DNA of 64,000 nt, from NCBI RefSeq assembly GCF_036971445.1, contig NC_091473.1, positions 40,114,001 through 40,178,000 of the forward strand, in the 5' to 3' direction. This document shows, in pieces, positions 35,492-48,351 of this stretch (the first letter of the stretch is position 1; each line of letters begins with the position of its first letter). Made by a program: the position numbers and the translations under genes. The notes under the pieces were generated by a model. The model saw only the letters and a list, made by a program, of their open reading frames with translations. It was not told the origin of the DNA and ran no database searches. This stretch comes from Narcine bancroftii. Taxonomy: Eukaryota.

Positions 35492-35712
35492 AAGGGGTAG
35501 CATGGCGGTTAGTGCAACCCTATTACAGCACTAGCTGCCCGGGTTTGAATCCGCCGCTGTCCGTCAAGAGTTTGAACGCTCTCCTCATGATTGCGTGGGT
35601 TTCTTCACACGTTCCAGAGTTGTACGGAATAAGCAGATTAATTGGTCACAGGGCCATAATTGGATGGCTCAGGCTCATGGGCCAGAAAGGCCTGTTATCA
35701 TGCTGTAGCTCT
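35492..35712 (+). mobile_element. V-SINE/HE1-like SINE
   Basis: tRNA-like head (GGCGGTTAGTGC...GGGTTTGAATCC) and CR1-like tail GGGCCAGAAAGGCCTGTT. Confidence 0.7.
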
Positions 35713-35999
35713 AAATTTAAATTTCAAATACCCAAACTTCACCTAAATTGTCAATTAGAAATGTTTCCTTTCTTAAAAACTCTCGTAAAACTTATTTTAA
35801 AAGTAATTTTCTGAATACAACCGATTATGGATTTGTATTATTTCAAAGCCCCAAACATGTTTACCTGCTGATATTACAGTGGTAATTTCTAGGTTAGTAT
35901 ATTCTTGCAACAGTTTCAGAGTGTGTATTTAATAAAGATTCAAGATTCCTTTACTTTCATGTAAGACAGTCAAAGAATCACCATTAATGTTGCTTGGGC

Positions 36000-37430
36000 C
36001 CATTACAGTACAAGAGAAAGAGAAGCAAAAGAGAATCCCTTGGAAACAGTGGCTGGAGGGTGACAGAAAGGACACAATTATTAGTAACTGATAGGTAAGC
36101 AAGGTAACAGAGAGATGAAGGGTAGATGGTACCAGATGGAGGAGAAGATCCACTTAAAGTATATGGGAAGCAGGTGGATGGGCTTCATAAGTAGAGGAGG
36201 GCAGTGGTGAAAATGGGTGATTGGGTTTGGGAAAGAGAACAAAAATGGAATGACTAGAGGTGGATTGGGAGAGATGGTAGCACAGATGTAAGGGTGACTT
36301 GAAATTGGGAATGTCAGTGTTGAATTCATTGGGTTGTAGTCTACCCAGGCAGAATATGAAATGTTGGGGTGGAGAAGGCTGAGGATAGACAATCGTTATG
36401 GGAATGGGAAGGGAAATTAAAATGATGCTACAATGAGCTCAGAATGGTCATTGTAGAGAGAGAGTGCAGGTGTTTTGTAAACAGTCACCTTCTCTGTGCT
36501 TGGTCTTGCCACATTGAGACCATGTTGGGAATACCAAATGCAGTAGGTGATGTTGGAGGGGGTGCATTGGTACCTCTTTCTCACCTGGAAAGACAGGTTA
36601 GGTCCATGGAGAGTGAAGGGGAGAAAGTGTAGGAACAAGTGTTGCATCTTCTGCAGTGGCAGGACAGAGTGGCAAGGGTCAGGGAGGAGTAAATGAAGAG
36701 AAATGATTGGGTCAGGGAGTCACGGAGAGGATGTCCCCAGCAGATGGAAGAAAAAGATGTGGCTAGTGGTGGGATCCTGTTGCAGCTGGCAGAAATGTCA
36801 AAGGATGATGTGCTGGATGTGAAGGCCAGTAGGTTGAAATGTGAGGACAACTGGAGCTCTACTGCTGTTTTGTTTGGAGGTGGGAGAAATGAGATCAGGA
36901 GCTTGGGAAACAGAAAATGCAAGAGAGGGCTCCTTCAACCACAATAGCAGGGAATCCATGTTTCCTGAAAAAGTGATGGTTTCCTATGTTCTGAAATGGA
37001 AGGTCTTATCTTGAGAGTAGATGAGCAGAGACTGGGAGGAAGGGATGGTATGCTTAAAAGAAACAGGGTGGGAGAAAGGGCTCTAGGTAGCTGTGGATTT
37101 CTAGTAAATGTTGATGGATAGTTTGTCTCCAAAGAGGGAAAAAGATCCAGAAAAGGCAGCAAAATGTTGAAAATGTTTGGAAATTAATAGTGAGGGTGAT
37201 GAAATTGATGAGTTTTACAATAGTGCAAGAAGTAGCACCAATGCAGTCATCAGCGTAACAGAGAAAGAGTTGAGGAGTGAGACCACAAAAAGTTTAGGAC
37301 AAGCACCGTTCCACATGGCCAACAAAATGCAAGTGTAGCTGGAGTCCAATCAAGTGCTAAGGTCTACACCATTAATTTGCAGGAAGTGAGAGGAGTGAAA
37401 AGAGTATTGTACAGGGTAAGAATGAGTTCT
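36000..37430 (-). mobile_element. Decayed Penelope-like element (RT end and GIY-YIG)
   Basis: Minus-strand LPFLDL, and FQVRKRYQCTPSNITYCIW as the start of the GIY-YIG. Confidence 0.65.
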
Positions 37431-37620
37431 AGCTTCTGTCTCCAGAAGAAGAATGAAGCTATGGATTACATCAGCCATTAACTGAAGCTCCCTGATTTTA
37501 ATTTTTGCTTATTTGCAACCCAGGTTCCAAAGTGAAAATTGTTTTCATTATGTAATTTACTCAACGTCCCGACTGCTCTGATTAATTTAAAGAAATGTAT
37601 TAAACTTTCTTTTGATCCAG

Positions 37621-37704
37621 CCAACCTCCAGACAGTGCAGAGTGGAAAGATTTCTCCTCGATCTAAAGCACAACCAAAATATAGATCAGGCACTATATCA
37701 GCTG
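37621..37704 (+). CDS. ITIH3: ITIH3-like gene 1 linker exon (84 nt, phase 1-1)
   Basis: tttcttttgatccag|CC...G|gtaag, open in frame: ANLQTVQSGKISPRSKAQPKYRSGTISA. Supported by splice signals only. Confidence 0.65.
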
Positions 37705-39074
37705 GTAAGATTTTTTTCAAACTGTGTAATCAAGAAATCTAACTGTAGTTTATGTAATATTGCTGCAGCAAAGAATTACAGCTTTCAATTAAGAGCAGTG
37801 TCATTAGTCCTCTTTCCTTGCTCTACCTCCACGTCCCTGAACATTTCTTCTGCAAATTAGTCATAGTTATACTGTGTGGGAGCAGTCCATTCACTCCCCC
37901 CCCCCCCACGTTCTCATCTTAAGTACTTTTCCAATTCCTTTTTGAAAGCTATGATCGAGTCTGCTTCAACCTCACTTTCAGATGTGCATTTCACACACGC
38001 ACCAAAATTATTTTCCTTTAGTTAGTTCCCTTGCCAATCTGCATTTTCAATCTGCAGATCCCTTGTAAATCTGCTTAACCTGTCTCAACCCTTCCACCAA
38101 AAGGAATACTTTAACCGTTCTTATTCGGTTTAATGTCTGTTCAATCAGCTCTTAATCCAGCCAAACTAAAATACTACAGATGTTGAAATAAAAGCAGAAA
38201 ATGCTGGAAATACTCAGGAGGTCAGGCATATTTTGAAACACAACATGAAGACAGAACAACCAGATCCCCACAGACTATCAAGTGACCCACAGGAGATTCC
38301 GATACTGGAATCTGAAGCTGGGCACAATAAGATGGAGGAAACAAGTGGCATTAGTTGTAGAAAAAAAATAAATGACGACGTTTTGGGCCGGAGGTCTTTA
38401 CCAAGGTTGGGAAAACAGAGAATGCAACTGATCCGGCTCAGCCTGCTGAGTTCCTCCAGCAGATTGTGTTCAGCCACACTGACCATCAAACCACCCATTT
38501 GCAGTATACAACCTTAACCTCAGATTTTATTTTCTCCACATTCTCGTCAATTCTCCCTTGATTCTACCACTCACCTACACACTAAAAGAAGTTTACAACA
38601 GCCATTTAGTCCAAGCAGCAGGCACACAAAAAGAGAATGCACAAACCCACTCAGAAAGCACCCGAGGTCAGGATTGAGCGCAAGACTCTGGCCCTGTGAG
38701 GTAGCATCTCTACTAGTTGCCTTGTTGTGATACCTACTGTGGATGATCTAAAGTCCTACATTTTTACTTGCCTGTAGTTTTGTTCTTCATTGTATTCACT
38801 TGCATATTTGTTTCTCTATGTCTCTTCCAGACACTGGTAACATTTAGAATATACCCAGCAATGTAAAGTTCCTTTACCTTTTCTTAACTCAAATCAAGCA
38901 AATTTCTATCTTTGACTCCTCTCCACCATCCTTTCTTTCCAGTATAGGAATCTTCTCTTTAATGAATATGCCACCCCCTTCTCCTTCCTTTCCTTCCCAA
39001 TATTTCTTGCACACTTTGTAACCAGGAATATTTAATGCCTCACCCTATCCAGCCCAGCTTCTATTAGTCGTCAT

Positions 39075-39890
39075 GTCAAGTTTATTCTCCAATCCTCAGT
39101 GCAAAACATGCAGATACACAACCAGACATAACACACATACAGCTGAATAATACATATGCAGGACAAGTATTACAGTATACCCTGCTTTATGAATACTCAT
39201 TTTACACAAATTCGGTTTTTTGAAGAAACCTGTGTTCGCTTTTATGAAAGCAGTGAGCTGTTATAAAGGCTACACGTGCACCCTGAGCAGCTCTTCCTCT
39301 CTCTCCTACATCCCAGTCTCCTGTACCTCCCACCACCCTAATCTCCGAAGACTCAGCCTGACTACACTGTACATACATTATTTCTACTTCAGAGGCAATG
39401 TATTTATCATATCATTCCTGCTTTTAATAGAAGTTTGGTAGGTTATTTTTTGAGTCTGGGTACGCTCAAAAAATTTTCCCATAGAAACCTAGAGTAATTG
39501 CTTCTTTGCTTTATGCTATTTTGGCTTTTGAAAGGTTCTGTAGGAACTGAACAGTTTTGTAAAGCAGGCTATACCTGTATATCTATAAAAATAAATAAAT
39601 ATTGCTTTGTGAATATGTGAGTCTCGGATGGATAGTGTGAACAGTTCCTTTGGTCGTTCAGCCTTCTCACTGCCCTTGGGAAGAAGCTGTTCCTCAACCT
39701 GGTGGTGCTGGCTCTGATACTTCTGTATCTCGTCCCCAACAGGAGCAACTGAAAGATGCTGAGTGCAAAGTGGAAGGGGTCGTCAATGATTTTGTGTGCC
39801 CTCTTCGGACAACCATCCCAGTAGATCACGTCGCTGGGGGGTGGGGAGGGAAACTTCCCCATTATTGCAGTCACATCATACTCTGTCTGT
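39075..39890 (-). mobile_element. Rex1-type LINE 3' end split by a Tigger-like MITE (39173-39577)
   Basis: Minus ORF RYRSIRASTTRLRNSFFPRAVR. MITE ends TA|CAGTATACCCTGCTTTA ... TAAAGCAGGCTATACCTG|TA. Confidence 0.75.
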
Positions 39891-39899
39891 TCCTTCAGT

Positions 39900-40143
39900 T
39901 CAGCCATTCTCAATGGGGGCCCTATGGCATCCCTGGGGTCCACAGCACATTTAAATAAAAGTCTTGTTTTCTTTTAACCTCACTTAATATAATTTTTTTA
40001 AAATGTTTTTGTATGTAGTCGGCAGTTGAGAAGTATGGAAGAAACCAAAGCTTGTCTGCTTCACAGGGAAGGAGGCCCACAAACTTTGAGCAGAGTTGTG
40101 GGGGGAGGCGGGGGCATAGGTGAAAAAAGGTTGAAAAAGGCTG
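39900..40143. mobile_element. hAT-like MITE
   Basis: CAGCCATTCTCAA ... TTGAAAAAGGCTG inverted ends. Confidence 0.55.
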
Positions 40144-41045
40144 ATTTAATTGATCAACCTTCTTTATCTTCAGATACCAAGGCCCCACACCTTTGCAATA
40201 ACTATTTGCTGTAACACTCGTATACACTCTTCCCCTTCTCAATGCTCCATGTCAATATCCCATACAATGCCTTTTCCTTTCTTTTAAACTTGCCAAATAA
40301 CCCTTCACTTGAACCTTTAATGTTTGTTTCCCAGCTTAGCTTTTATCACTTTAGATCCTAACCTTAGGTTCAACTGCCCTGCTAAACTAGTTTAAACCCA
40401 CCCCAACAGCACCTGTGGCAATATTGGCCCTATTCCTCTTGAGATGCAAGTCATCTGATTTCCAGAGTGCCGCAAATGACTGAAATTGCCTGTTTGTGCC
40501 GCAAATGACTGAAATCCTTTTCACTTTTACTCTTGATTTTCTTCCTCTTCTTCGGTGCAGCTGAGCCATTAGCTGTGACACACTCCTGGCTCTGACTACA
40601 TTTCTCCAAATCCTAATAAAATCCAAAAAGGTTCGGGACTGCGAGAGACTGAAATTGAATCAAATGATGTTTTCTTCAAATTTTATCAAGACAATAGGAT
40701 AAACAAAATTGACCATCAAAGCAAATTAGGTTCAGCAAAAGTAACTTACATTTATATAGCACCATTAACAGAGTAAATGTATTGAGGAGTAACTTTAACA
40801 TCAAGCTCTATATTAGGGAAGATAACCAAAAGGTTGGTCAAAGCAGGGGGCATCGTAAAGCAGAAACAAGAGGTGGCAAGGCAAGGCACTTTTGAGGAGG
40901 TATTCCAGAGGTTAGGGCCTTGACAGTTGGAGGCCTGTCTGTTTTTACTGAACAAATTAAAGGAAAGTGTAACTTCACAAGGAGTAATGGGGGAATGGTG
41001 TTTTTGATGCCTTGATGCTTAGAGATATCTTGATTTCTTTTTCAG

Positions 41046-41087
41046 GCACATTCCAAGCAAGACGTTCCAAATATTTATCGTCATCAG
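41046..41087 (+). CDS. ITIH3: ITIH3-like gene 1 linker micro-exon (42 nt, phase 1-1)
   Basis: tttcttttttcag|GC...G|gtaaa. GTFQARRSKYLSSS. Supported by splice signals only. Confidence 0.6.
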
Positions 41088-42654
41088 GTAAAATCATTGT
41101 ATTTTATTCAAAATGAAACCTTCCACCACTTCTGGTTGATTTTAAATTATACATCACACATCTTTAATTGAGCCATGTGGCATTGTAAGAAGAATTATTT
41201 GTACTATATTGAAATAATTTTCATGTGCAACATACCATCCACTTGTTAACTTTGCCATTGCACATAATTTCTTCAACTTTATTCCTCCTCTATCTGTAAA
41301 CTCCAACATATTTACGTTTATAAGTATACTCAGGATATGAAATCTGAGTCAGAAACATGGCTAGATTTGCAGCCAGAACACAGATCTGGAATGCTTCCAT
41401 ATTAAACTTCACTGGAAATATTATCATATTTTTGTCAAAATAGTGAAATAAAAGCAATGTTAATCTGACACCACCAAAGTCAGATTATCAGATATTTACT
41501 GCATTGGGTTTTGATGATCTTAACAGATTTTTTGCCAAAACAAACATTTCTTCATTAATGATTCAGGAAATAACTGGCTCATGTATGTACTTTGGAATTG
41601 CACAACTCTAATGGAAGGCAATAACCCTCAGAACCATCTTGTTTTTGTTTATCATTAGACATTGACACAGCAGTGACAAATTTACTAATGGGTTAATGAT
41701 TGAATTCATCCACTTTGGTCCTTTCCCATAGCTACCAATGTCTCATACATTTGTTCTTTAAAATAGATTTGAAGTTATGGTTACACATACAGTTGATGTT
41801 ACTTTTGAAAATTAGCACTTTTGAAAGTCATTGCATGTTCTAAAAATGAATTTTGCACCTTTCGTCCAATCCATTTGACATTCCTTGCTCCCTAACAGTG
41901 GTCATATCGTGTTGGGTGGAACAGCAGTTGATGTAGTAACACTGTTGGCAGTTGGATGTTGGATGGAGCGGTTTGTTGATCACTGAGCTAAATATCACAC
42001 TGATCACTAACAAAATTAGTCCCTTGTTGAGCCACTGTGCAGGCTACTCCACTGAGAATTGGAGAGATAATTAGTGAAAGACCTTCAACTCAGTGAGACC
42101 TCAGCCTACCTTTAAATTTATGACTCAATCTAGGATTCTGAGCATGGATTGGGTATATAGGGGTGAAGTCAAATCAGTTAACATTGCCCATATAATTATT
42201 TTCCATCCAACAAGATGGAAGCATTTTCAAAATGTCCAAAAATATTTTAAAACTTAAAAAAAATCTTTCACACTTGCACTTCTGCCAAAATGATTGTCGG
42301 GGAAGAGTGGGTGGTGATGAAGGTCTGGTAGGTTGCTGTTCCAACTTTGGCTATAGAAATGATCTGCAAACTAAAGGATTTATATGAAAATGAGAGTTTA
42401 TTGTCGAATAAGTACCGGTAAGAACAAGGTACAGAAGCACCAACATTCCTTCTTGCTCCAGCCATACAAGTACATAGATTCACCAACAATAATACACCAT
42501 AAGGCAGAAAAAGAGATCTTAAATCTTAAACAGATAAATAAATTTTCACATTTCCAGTTAAACAAAAAATCTTCAGATGTTCGGGTCAAGTGCAATACAC
42601 AAATTGCTGGAGAAATTCAGCAGGTCACACAGCATCCATAGGAAGTAAAAGGTA

Positions 42655-43370
42655 TGTCCTTTCTTGGTTTGTCCTTCCAAAATGCAGCACCTCATATTTT
42701 TCGGCATTAAATTCTATCTGCCATTTTTCAGCCCATTTTTCCAGCTGGTCCAGATCCCTCTGCAAGCTTTGAAAACCTTCTTTGGTGTCCACAATGCCTC
42801 CCATCTTAGTGTTATCTACAAATTTTCGATCCATTTTACCACATTATCATCCAAATAATTGCTGTAGATGACAAACAACAATGGTCCCAGCATTGATCCC
42901 TGAGGCACAGGCCTCCAGTCTCAGTTACAGGCCTCCAGTCTGAGAAGCAATCATCCACCATTACTCTCTGGATTCTCCCATCCAGCCATTGTTGAATCCA
43001 TTTCACTATTTCACCATGAATACCTAGCATCTGAACCTTCCTGATTATCCTCCCATGTGGGACCTTATCAAAGGCCTTACTAAAGTTCACGCAGACAGCC
43101 TTTCCTGGTAACCTCCTCACAGAACTCTACAAGAATGGCTGAACATGACCTACCATGCAGAAAGCTATGTTGATTATCCATAATCAGTTTCTGGCTATCC
43201 AAATAATTGCATATCTGATCTCTTAGAATACCTTCCAATAATTTACCTACTACTGATGTCAGGTTCACCGGCCTATAATTTCCAGGGTTACTTTTGGATC
43301 CTTTTTTAAACAACGGAACAACCCTTCAATCCTCTGGCACCACATCCGTGGCTAGGAAAATTTTAAGACA
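42655..43370 (-). mobile_element. CR1 RT fragment
   Basis: FKKGSKSNPGNYRPVNLTS, FSKAFDKVPH, LQRDLDQLEKWAEKWQ. Confidence 0.8.
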
Positions 43371-44907
43371 GCAAGCACTTCCTCCTCATTAATCTACTTG
43401 GGTTCCATGACCTCACTGCTAGACTGGGGGCTGTGGCAGTGCTTGATTGGGGGGAGGGGGGGTTGATAGCCCTGCTGCTGCCCAGTGGCACCTCTGCCAG
43501 GCACCCTTTGACCACCCCGCCAGCCACGCGCTAACAGCCCTGATGTCTGCGCCGCTGACAGCCTCGCCGGTCACCCTATGACGGAGGAAAGGGGGGAGTG
43601 CTAAATGAAGTGAGATAAATGATGAATCGGGCATCCATATATGGCAAATCGGAGGCGCTGGACTCTATTTTTCCGCTGGCACCTATAAAGTAAGGATTCC
43701 CTAGGGTTCGAATAATTACTGACATGGGATATTCAAGCACAAGTTGATCGTGGGTAGCGAGCTTTGGTGTGCAGATGACATCCATGGAAAAAGTGTTCTG
43801 TTTTTGGAGGTTTTCGGTTTTCAGAATTTTGGTTAAAAGATTTTGTACTTGTATTTAAGAAGAATTTGGAGAGACGCAAGAATGGCTATGGAGTGGATGC
43901 AAGTCAGTGGGATGAGGCAAATAAAAACAGTTCAGCGCAGACTAGAAGGGCCAAAAGGGCCTGGTTCTATGCTGTAGTGTTCTATGATACAGCAGATGAG
44001 AACTCTACTCCAGCCTTTTATAGTGTCTAAGCTTTCAACCAATTGCATTGTTTGGTAAAATAACATTTCAAAAGTTACCCCAAATGATATACTCAGGTCT
44101 TAACACTACGAGCAGGATATTTAGTGTTTCCCGGGAAATAAAGAACTCAGTTGTTTACTATATGGTTGAAACAAAATACCCAAAAAACTTCCGGTTAATT
44201 CTGCATAAATATACGTATCGATGGTGTTTCATCTTTCCACCTCTTTGCTCCATAATGTTGACATATCTCTGAAATGGAGCCAATTACAACTGCATTAATG
44301 GAAGAATACTCAATATCAACTGAGTAACTGAATATAGCATTTAGCAGGTTGGCTGTAGTAAATGGTGCTGCCTTTTGGCTGGTGGCTTTTGTTCACATTA
44401 CTTGGAGTCTTGCCTGTTCTTTCTCAGCTGACACTTGTCTGCTCATAGAATATCTGGTGACATCAGCACTAAGGCGGGCCTGGTGTTGCTGTTCTGTTTC
44501 CCGCTGCCTGCCCCTTGCCTGTCTGGATGCCTGAGAACTGAGACGGATGTATCGCTGCCTGTTGTGCTTCCTACCTGCTCCTTGCATGTCTGGAAGCATC
44601 AACGATGAGGCGAGAATGATGCTCCTCTGCTGTCTCTTGCTTTCTCCTTTGTCTAACTCTGCAGGCTTGTGAAGAGCTTCTGCCAATGTTGCTTCACTTT
44701 TATGGCCCCATATTAAACTAGGTTTGGTTCCTGAATGTACATTGATGCAGAGCACTGTAACTAACTGAGGTATCCCTGGTGTAAGTTCTTTTTTTTTTAA
44801 CTTTTCAACTTCAAAGGTTAAATTCAATGTGGTCATAATACTCAGCATCAAATGTTACCACAATTATAGTATATAGTAATGCAAGTCAGTGCTAATGAAT
44901 ACTTGTA

Positions 44908-44991
44908 CAGGTACACAATCCTTTATCCTGATATGTAAAATCCAAAAAGCTCCAAAAACCGGCATTTTTCATGGTGCTGGTACAGTGGAGA

Positions 44992-45027
<36 letters not shown>

Positions 45028-45425
45028 CAGCAGCGCAACTAGGTTTGGGGGGAGGGTGGGGAAGACAGCAGCACGACTCTGGTGGGCGAGGTGGGAGAGA
45101 GACGGCAGCGTGACTTGGGCGGGCGGGGAGGAGAGAGACCGCAGTGCGACTCAGGCAGGGGAGAGAGAGATGGCAGCATGACTCAGGTGGGTGAAGGGGG
45201 AGAGAGACGGCAGCGCGACTCAGGTGGGCGGGGGGTAGAGACGGCAACGCAACTCGGGTGGGCGAGGGGGAGAGACACCAGCGTGACTGGAAGGGAGTGG
45301 ATATAGCAGCAGAATTTGGGTGGGTTGAAATCTGGGGCAACTCGCTTTTGTTCTGAAATCCAGAAAAATCTGAAATTCGGAACGTACTGTCCCCCAAGGG
45401 TTCTGGATAAAGGACTGTGTACCTG
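44908..45425. mobile_element. Tigger-like MITE with internal (GA)n and a G-rich minisatellite of about 35 bp
   Basis: CAGGTACACAATCCTTTATCC ... GGATAAAGGACTGTGTACCTG. About 8 units of GAGAGACGGCAGCGCGACTCAGGTGGGCG at 45020-45290. Confidence 0.8.
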
Positions 45426-45885
45426 AATAATAAATAGTAATGTAGGTCAGTGCAAGTTGGTGAAAAAACACTTTTGAACTTCATATTCAATGTAATTCAA
45501 TATGGTAATGGCATCAAATGTTACCCCAACTGAACCTCCTTGGACATTTCTAGAGTGCTCCATATTGATTTGCCTGGAGAACAGGCAAACAAACAGACAT
45601 GTGTGCACAAATATGTATTAGATTACTCCTTTTAAAAATCAAACTACTGCATACATAAAATTGCAGTTAACTATTCCGACAATTAACAAGAATTTGGACA
45701 GGTACATGGATGGGAGAGGTATAGAGGGCTATGGACTAGGTGCAAGTCAGTGGGACTGAGCAAAAAAAATTGGCTTGGCGCAGACTAGAAGGGCTGAAGG
45801 GGCCTGTTTCTGTGCTGTCGTGTTTTACGGTTCTATGCATTGTTATGCAACATTGCGCTGATTTGTTTTATTTATCCCTCAACAG

Positions 45886-45906
45886 ATTATTATTCATTTG
45901 CAAGTG
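45886..45906 (+). CDS. ITIH3: ITIH3-like gene 1 micro-exon (21 nt, phase 1-1) before the cleavage motif
   Basis: tttatccctcaacag|AT...G|gtaagt. DYYSFAS joins in frame to VDGDPHF. Confidence 0.7.
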
Positions 45907-46511
45907 GTAAGTTATTCATGTTTCTTTCTTGATTAAATAGTTTTCTTGGATAAGTAGATCTTATCAAATTTTTGGCAATCTTTGTCCATTTAGTTTTTTT
46001 TGGAGGGGGGGGTTCCTAATATTTCCAAACCTGTCCAGTGAGGAAGAGAAGAGCTTCTCTGAGCCTATGCCAATACTATGTAAAATTTACTGCAACAAGA
46101 TATTTAAGATGACCATGAAATGTCTTTCCACTTCACTGATCAGAAAACAATTGAGCTCTTATACACAACCCTTCTGGTCTCAGTTTAAAATTCTCCATGC
46201 AGAATGACTAAAAAATGGCAAATGAATTTCATGGCTGACGTAAAAATATTGATGCCATGGTGTAACAAAAAAGGACAAGAGAGGTCTTTGCTGAATTAAT
46301 GTGGGAGATTTGTTATAATAAGATATTTTGTCAATAGGATTTACTATTTTTCGGAAAATATACAGAAAATAAATTTTATTTTTAGTGTTAGCATAAAAAG
46401 ATTTTCACATTTGGTCTTTTTCATTTTGATATCTGATATAACAATGTAATATCTCAGCTAATTTTATTTTTTGTAATTATTTAAGACTTGTTAACTTAAT
46501 ATCTTTTTAAG

Positions 46512-46625
46512 TGGATGGAGATCCGCATTTCATTATCCTACTGCCACAGCAACATGACGCTGCCTGTTTCAACATTGCTGGAAAACCAGGTTTAATTATG
46601 AATCTTGTCACAGATCCGTTCACAG
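46512..46625 (+). CDS. ITIH3: ITIH3-like gene 1 exon with DPHFII motif
   Basis: aag|TG...G|gtaac. [38 protein letters not shown]. Confidence 0.92.
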
Positions 46626-47739
46626 GTAACATAATATACTAAATGTAGAACAGTATTTTATTTTTAGACAAAGGATTAAAACAGAATTCAACCATATGTA
46701 TTGAATTTTCAGAATAAAGGAAAGGCTTAGATTTATTACTAATTTCATATCCTTTAGATGTTCCAGTGTGTTTGACAGCCAATTAGTAAACCTTTAAAAT
46801 AGATTTTATGTTATTTTAAATAACTACATTGGCCAATTTATTTGTGATGAATGAAATTGGAGATGTATGTTGGCAAGATATCTGGTGACCTGAAGGGCTT
46901 TTCTTTGAAGCATATTCAGATAACTTTTAAGTCCACTCATCTATGAATATCTTCTTTAAATTAATGTTGTGGTATAAGTTCCAGTACAACAATAGAATGC
47001 CTATAATTGTCTGCAAAGAAGAATCTCCAGCTTCAAAGAGTGAAATAAAATGAAATTAGTTCTGTCAGTACAACTTTCAAATCTTCTGGAGCCATTCTTG
47101 TAACGAAATATAGCTCAAGGGCAATAGTGATTAGAAGGTCAGGGGTAGAGATGATTAAATATTCATCAATTACCAGGTTGCAGGGAAGAGGTATCTGAGG
47201 AATAGAGGCAAGTAATGGGATAGTTCCATGTGATACTTCACTATTAAAATCTGTTTCTTTCAGGAGTGGCCAAGGGTTGTCCAAGGTCTTATTTCTTCAA
47301 CTACATTTCAAAAGGAATTTTGCATGATGATTGATATCATTTATTGTATATCTGATGTGTAGGCACACATGCACATCTCAGTCTGGAATCATCTTCCAAG
47401 ATGGTGTGAAATGTTATAGAAATATTTGTTTTGGTGTTTCTAAGTAAAGCACTTAACCAATTATAGTGAACTGAAATATATAGCACAAGCAGGTTTCTCA
47501 GTCTATATTTTGCTTATTTATGTGTCTTCTGCTTTCTAATCACTCTCAATCATCTAAATTTGTGTTTCTATATTCATATTTTGGCTAGATGTAAGTAAAA
47601 AAACATTGCATATCACATCTGTATAAATTTATTTTGTTTTGGTTTTCAATATTCAAATCTTACCTTCCCAATTTCTCACTGTATTAACTTCTTACCTCCT
47701 TACTTTGTTGTATCTTTTAAATTTAGAATTTTTAATATT

Positions 47740-47930
47740 TAAACATATAGCACGGTAACAGGCCCTTCTGACCATGCTAGCCAAATCATGAATTAACCAA
47801 TAAACCCCAAACATTTTTGGAGGGTGAGAGGAAACTAGAGCTGGAGAAAACCCCACACAAACATGGGGAGAATGAACAAACTTCCAGCAGATATCGTCGG
47901 ATTCGTACCCACGATCTCTGGCCCTGTCAT
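47740..47930 (-). mobile_element. V-SINE/HE1-like SINE
   Basis: GGAAACTAGAGCTGGAGAAAACCCCACAC...GGGGAGAATG. Confidence 0.65.
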
Positions 47931-48149
47931 AACATTCATACCACAGTCACTAGTCCTGTGATAACATTGTGCAAGCCATGTCACCCAAATATTTCCTCCA
48001 TATATTTTCCATTATTTCTTTAGTTTTATTGAGTTACTTTATTCTAATGACCATTGATTATTTCTGTGCATCTGTTATTTTTGATAGATGTTCCATTTAT
48101 ATATTGAGTTTTATAATAATTTTCAATATGTTTTCATAAAAAATATTAG

Positions 48150-48351
48150 AAATAAAAGTCAATGGACAATTAATCGGAGATAAGAAAGCAGAAAATAATG
48201 TGAAAGTAACTACCTACTTTGGAAAATTTGGGCTTGAAAACAGAAAAATCAACTTGTCGATATCAGTAACGACTGAAGATATCACCATATTTTACAATGG
48301 AGACAAGACTATTATTCCCTGGTCAGCCACAACGAACTTAAAATGCGAGAG
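48150..48351 (+). CDS. ITIH3: ITIH3-like gene 1 exon (C-terminal domain)
   Basis: tag|AA...AG|gtatt. EIKVNGQLIGDKKAENNVKVTTYFGKFGLENRKINLSISVTTEDITIFYNGDKTIIPWSATTNLKCE. Confidence 0.9.

Noticed and set aside
38831-38836. 6-nt micro-exon as a feature
   Set aside because: It has plausible splice sites and phase, but is too short to distinguish from chance without RNA data.
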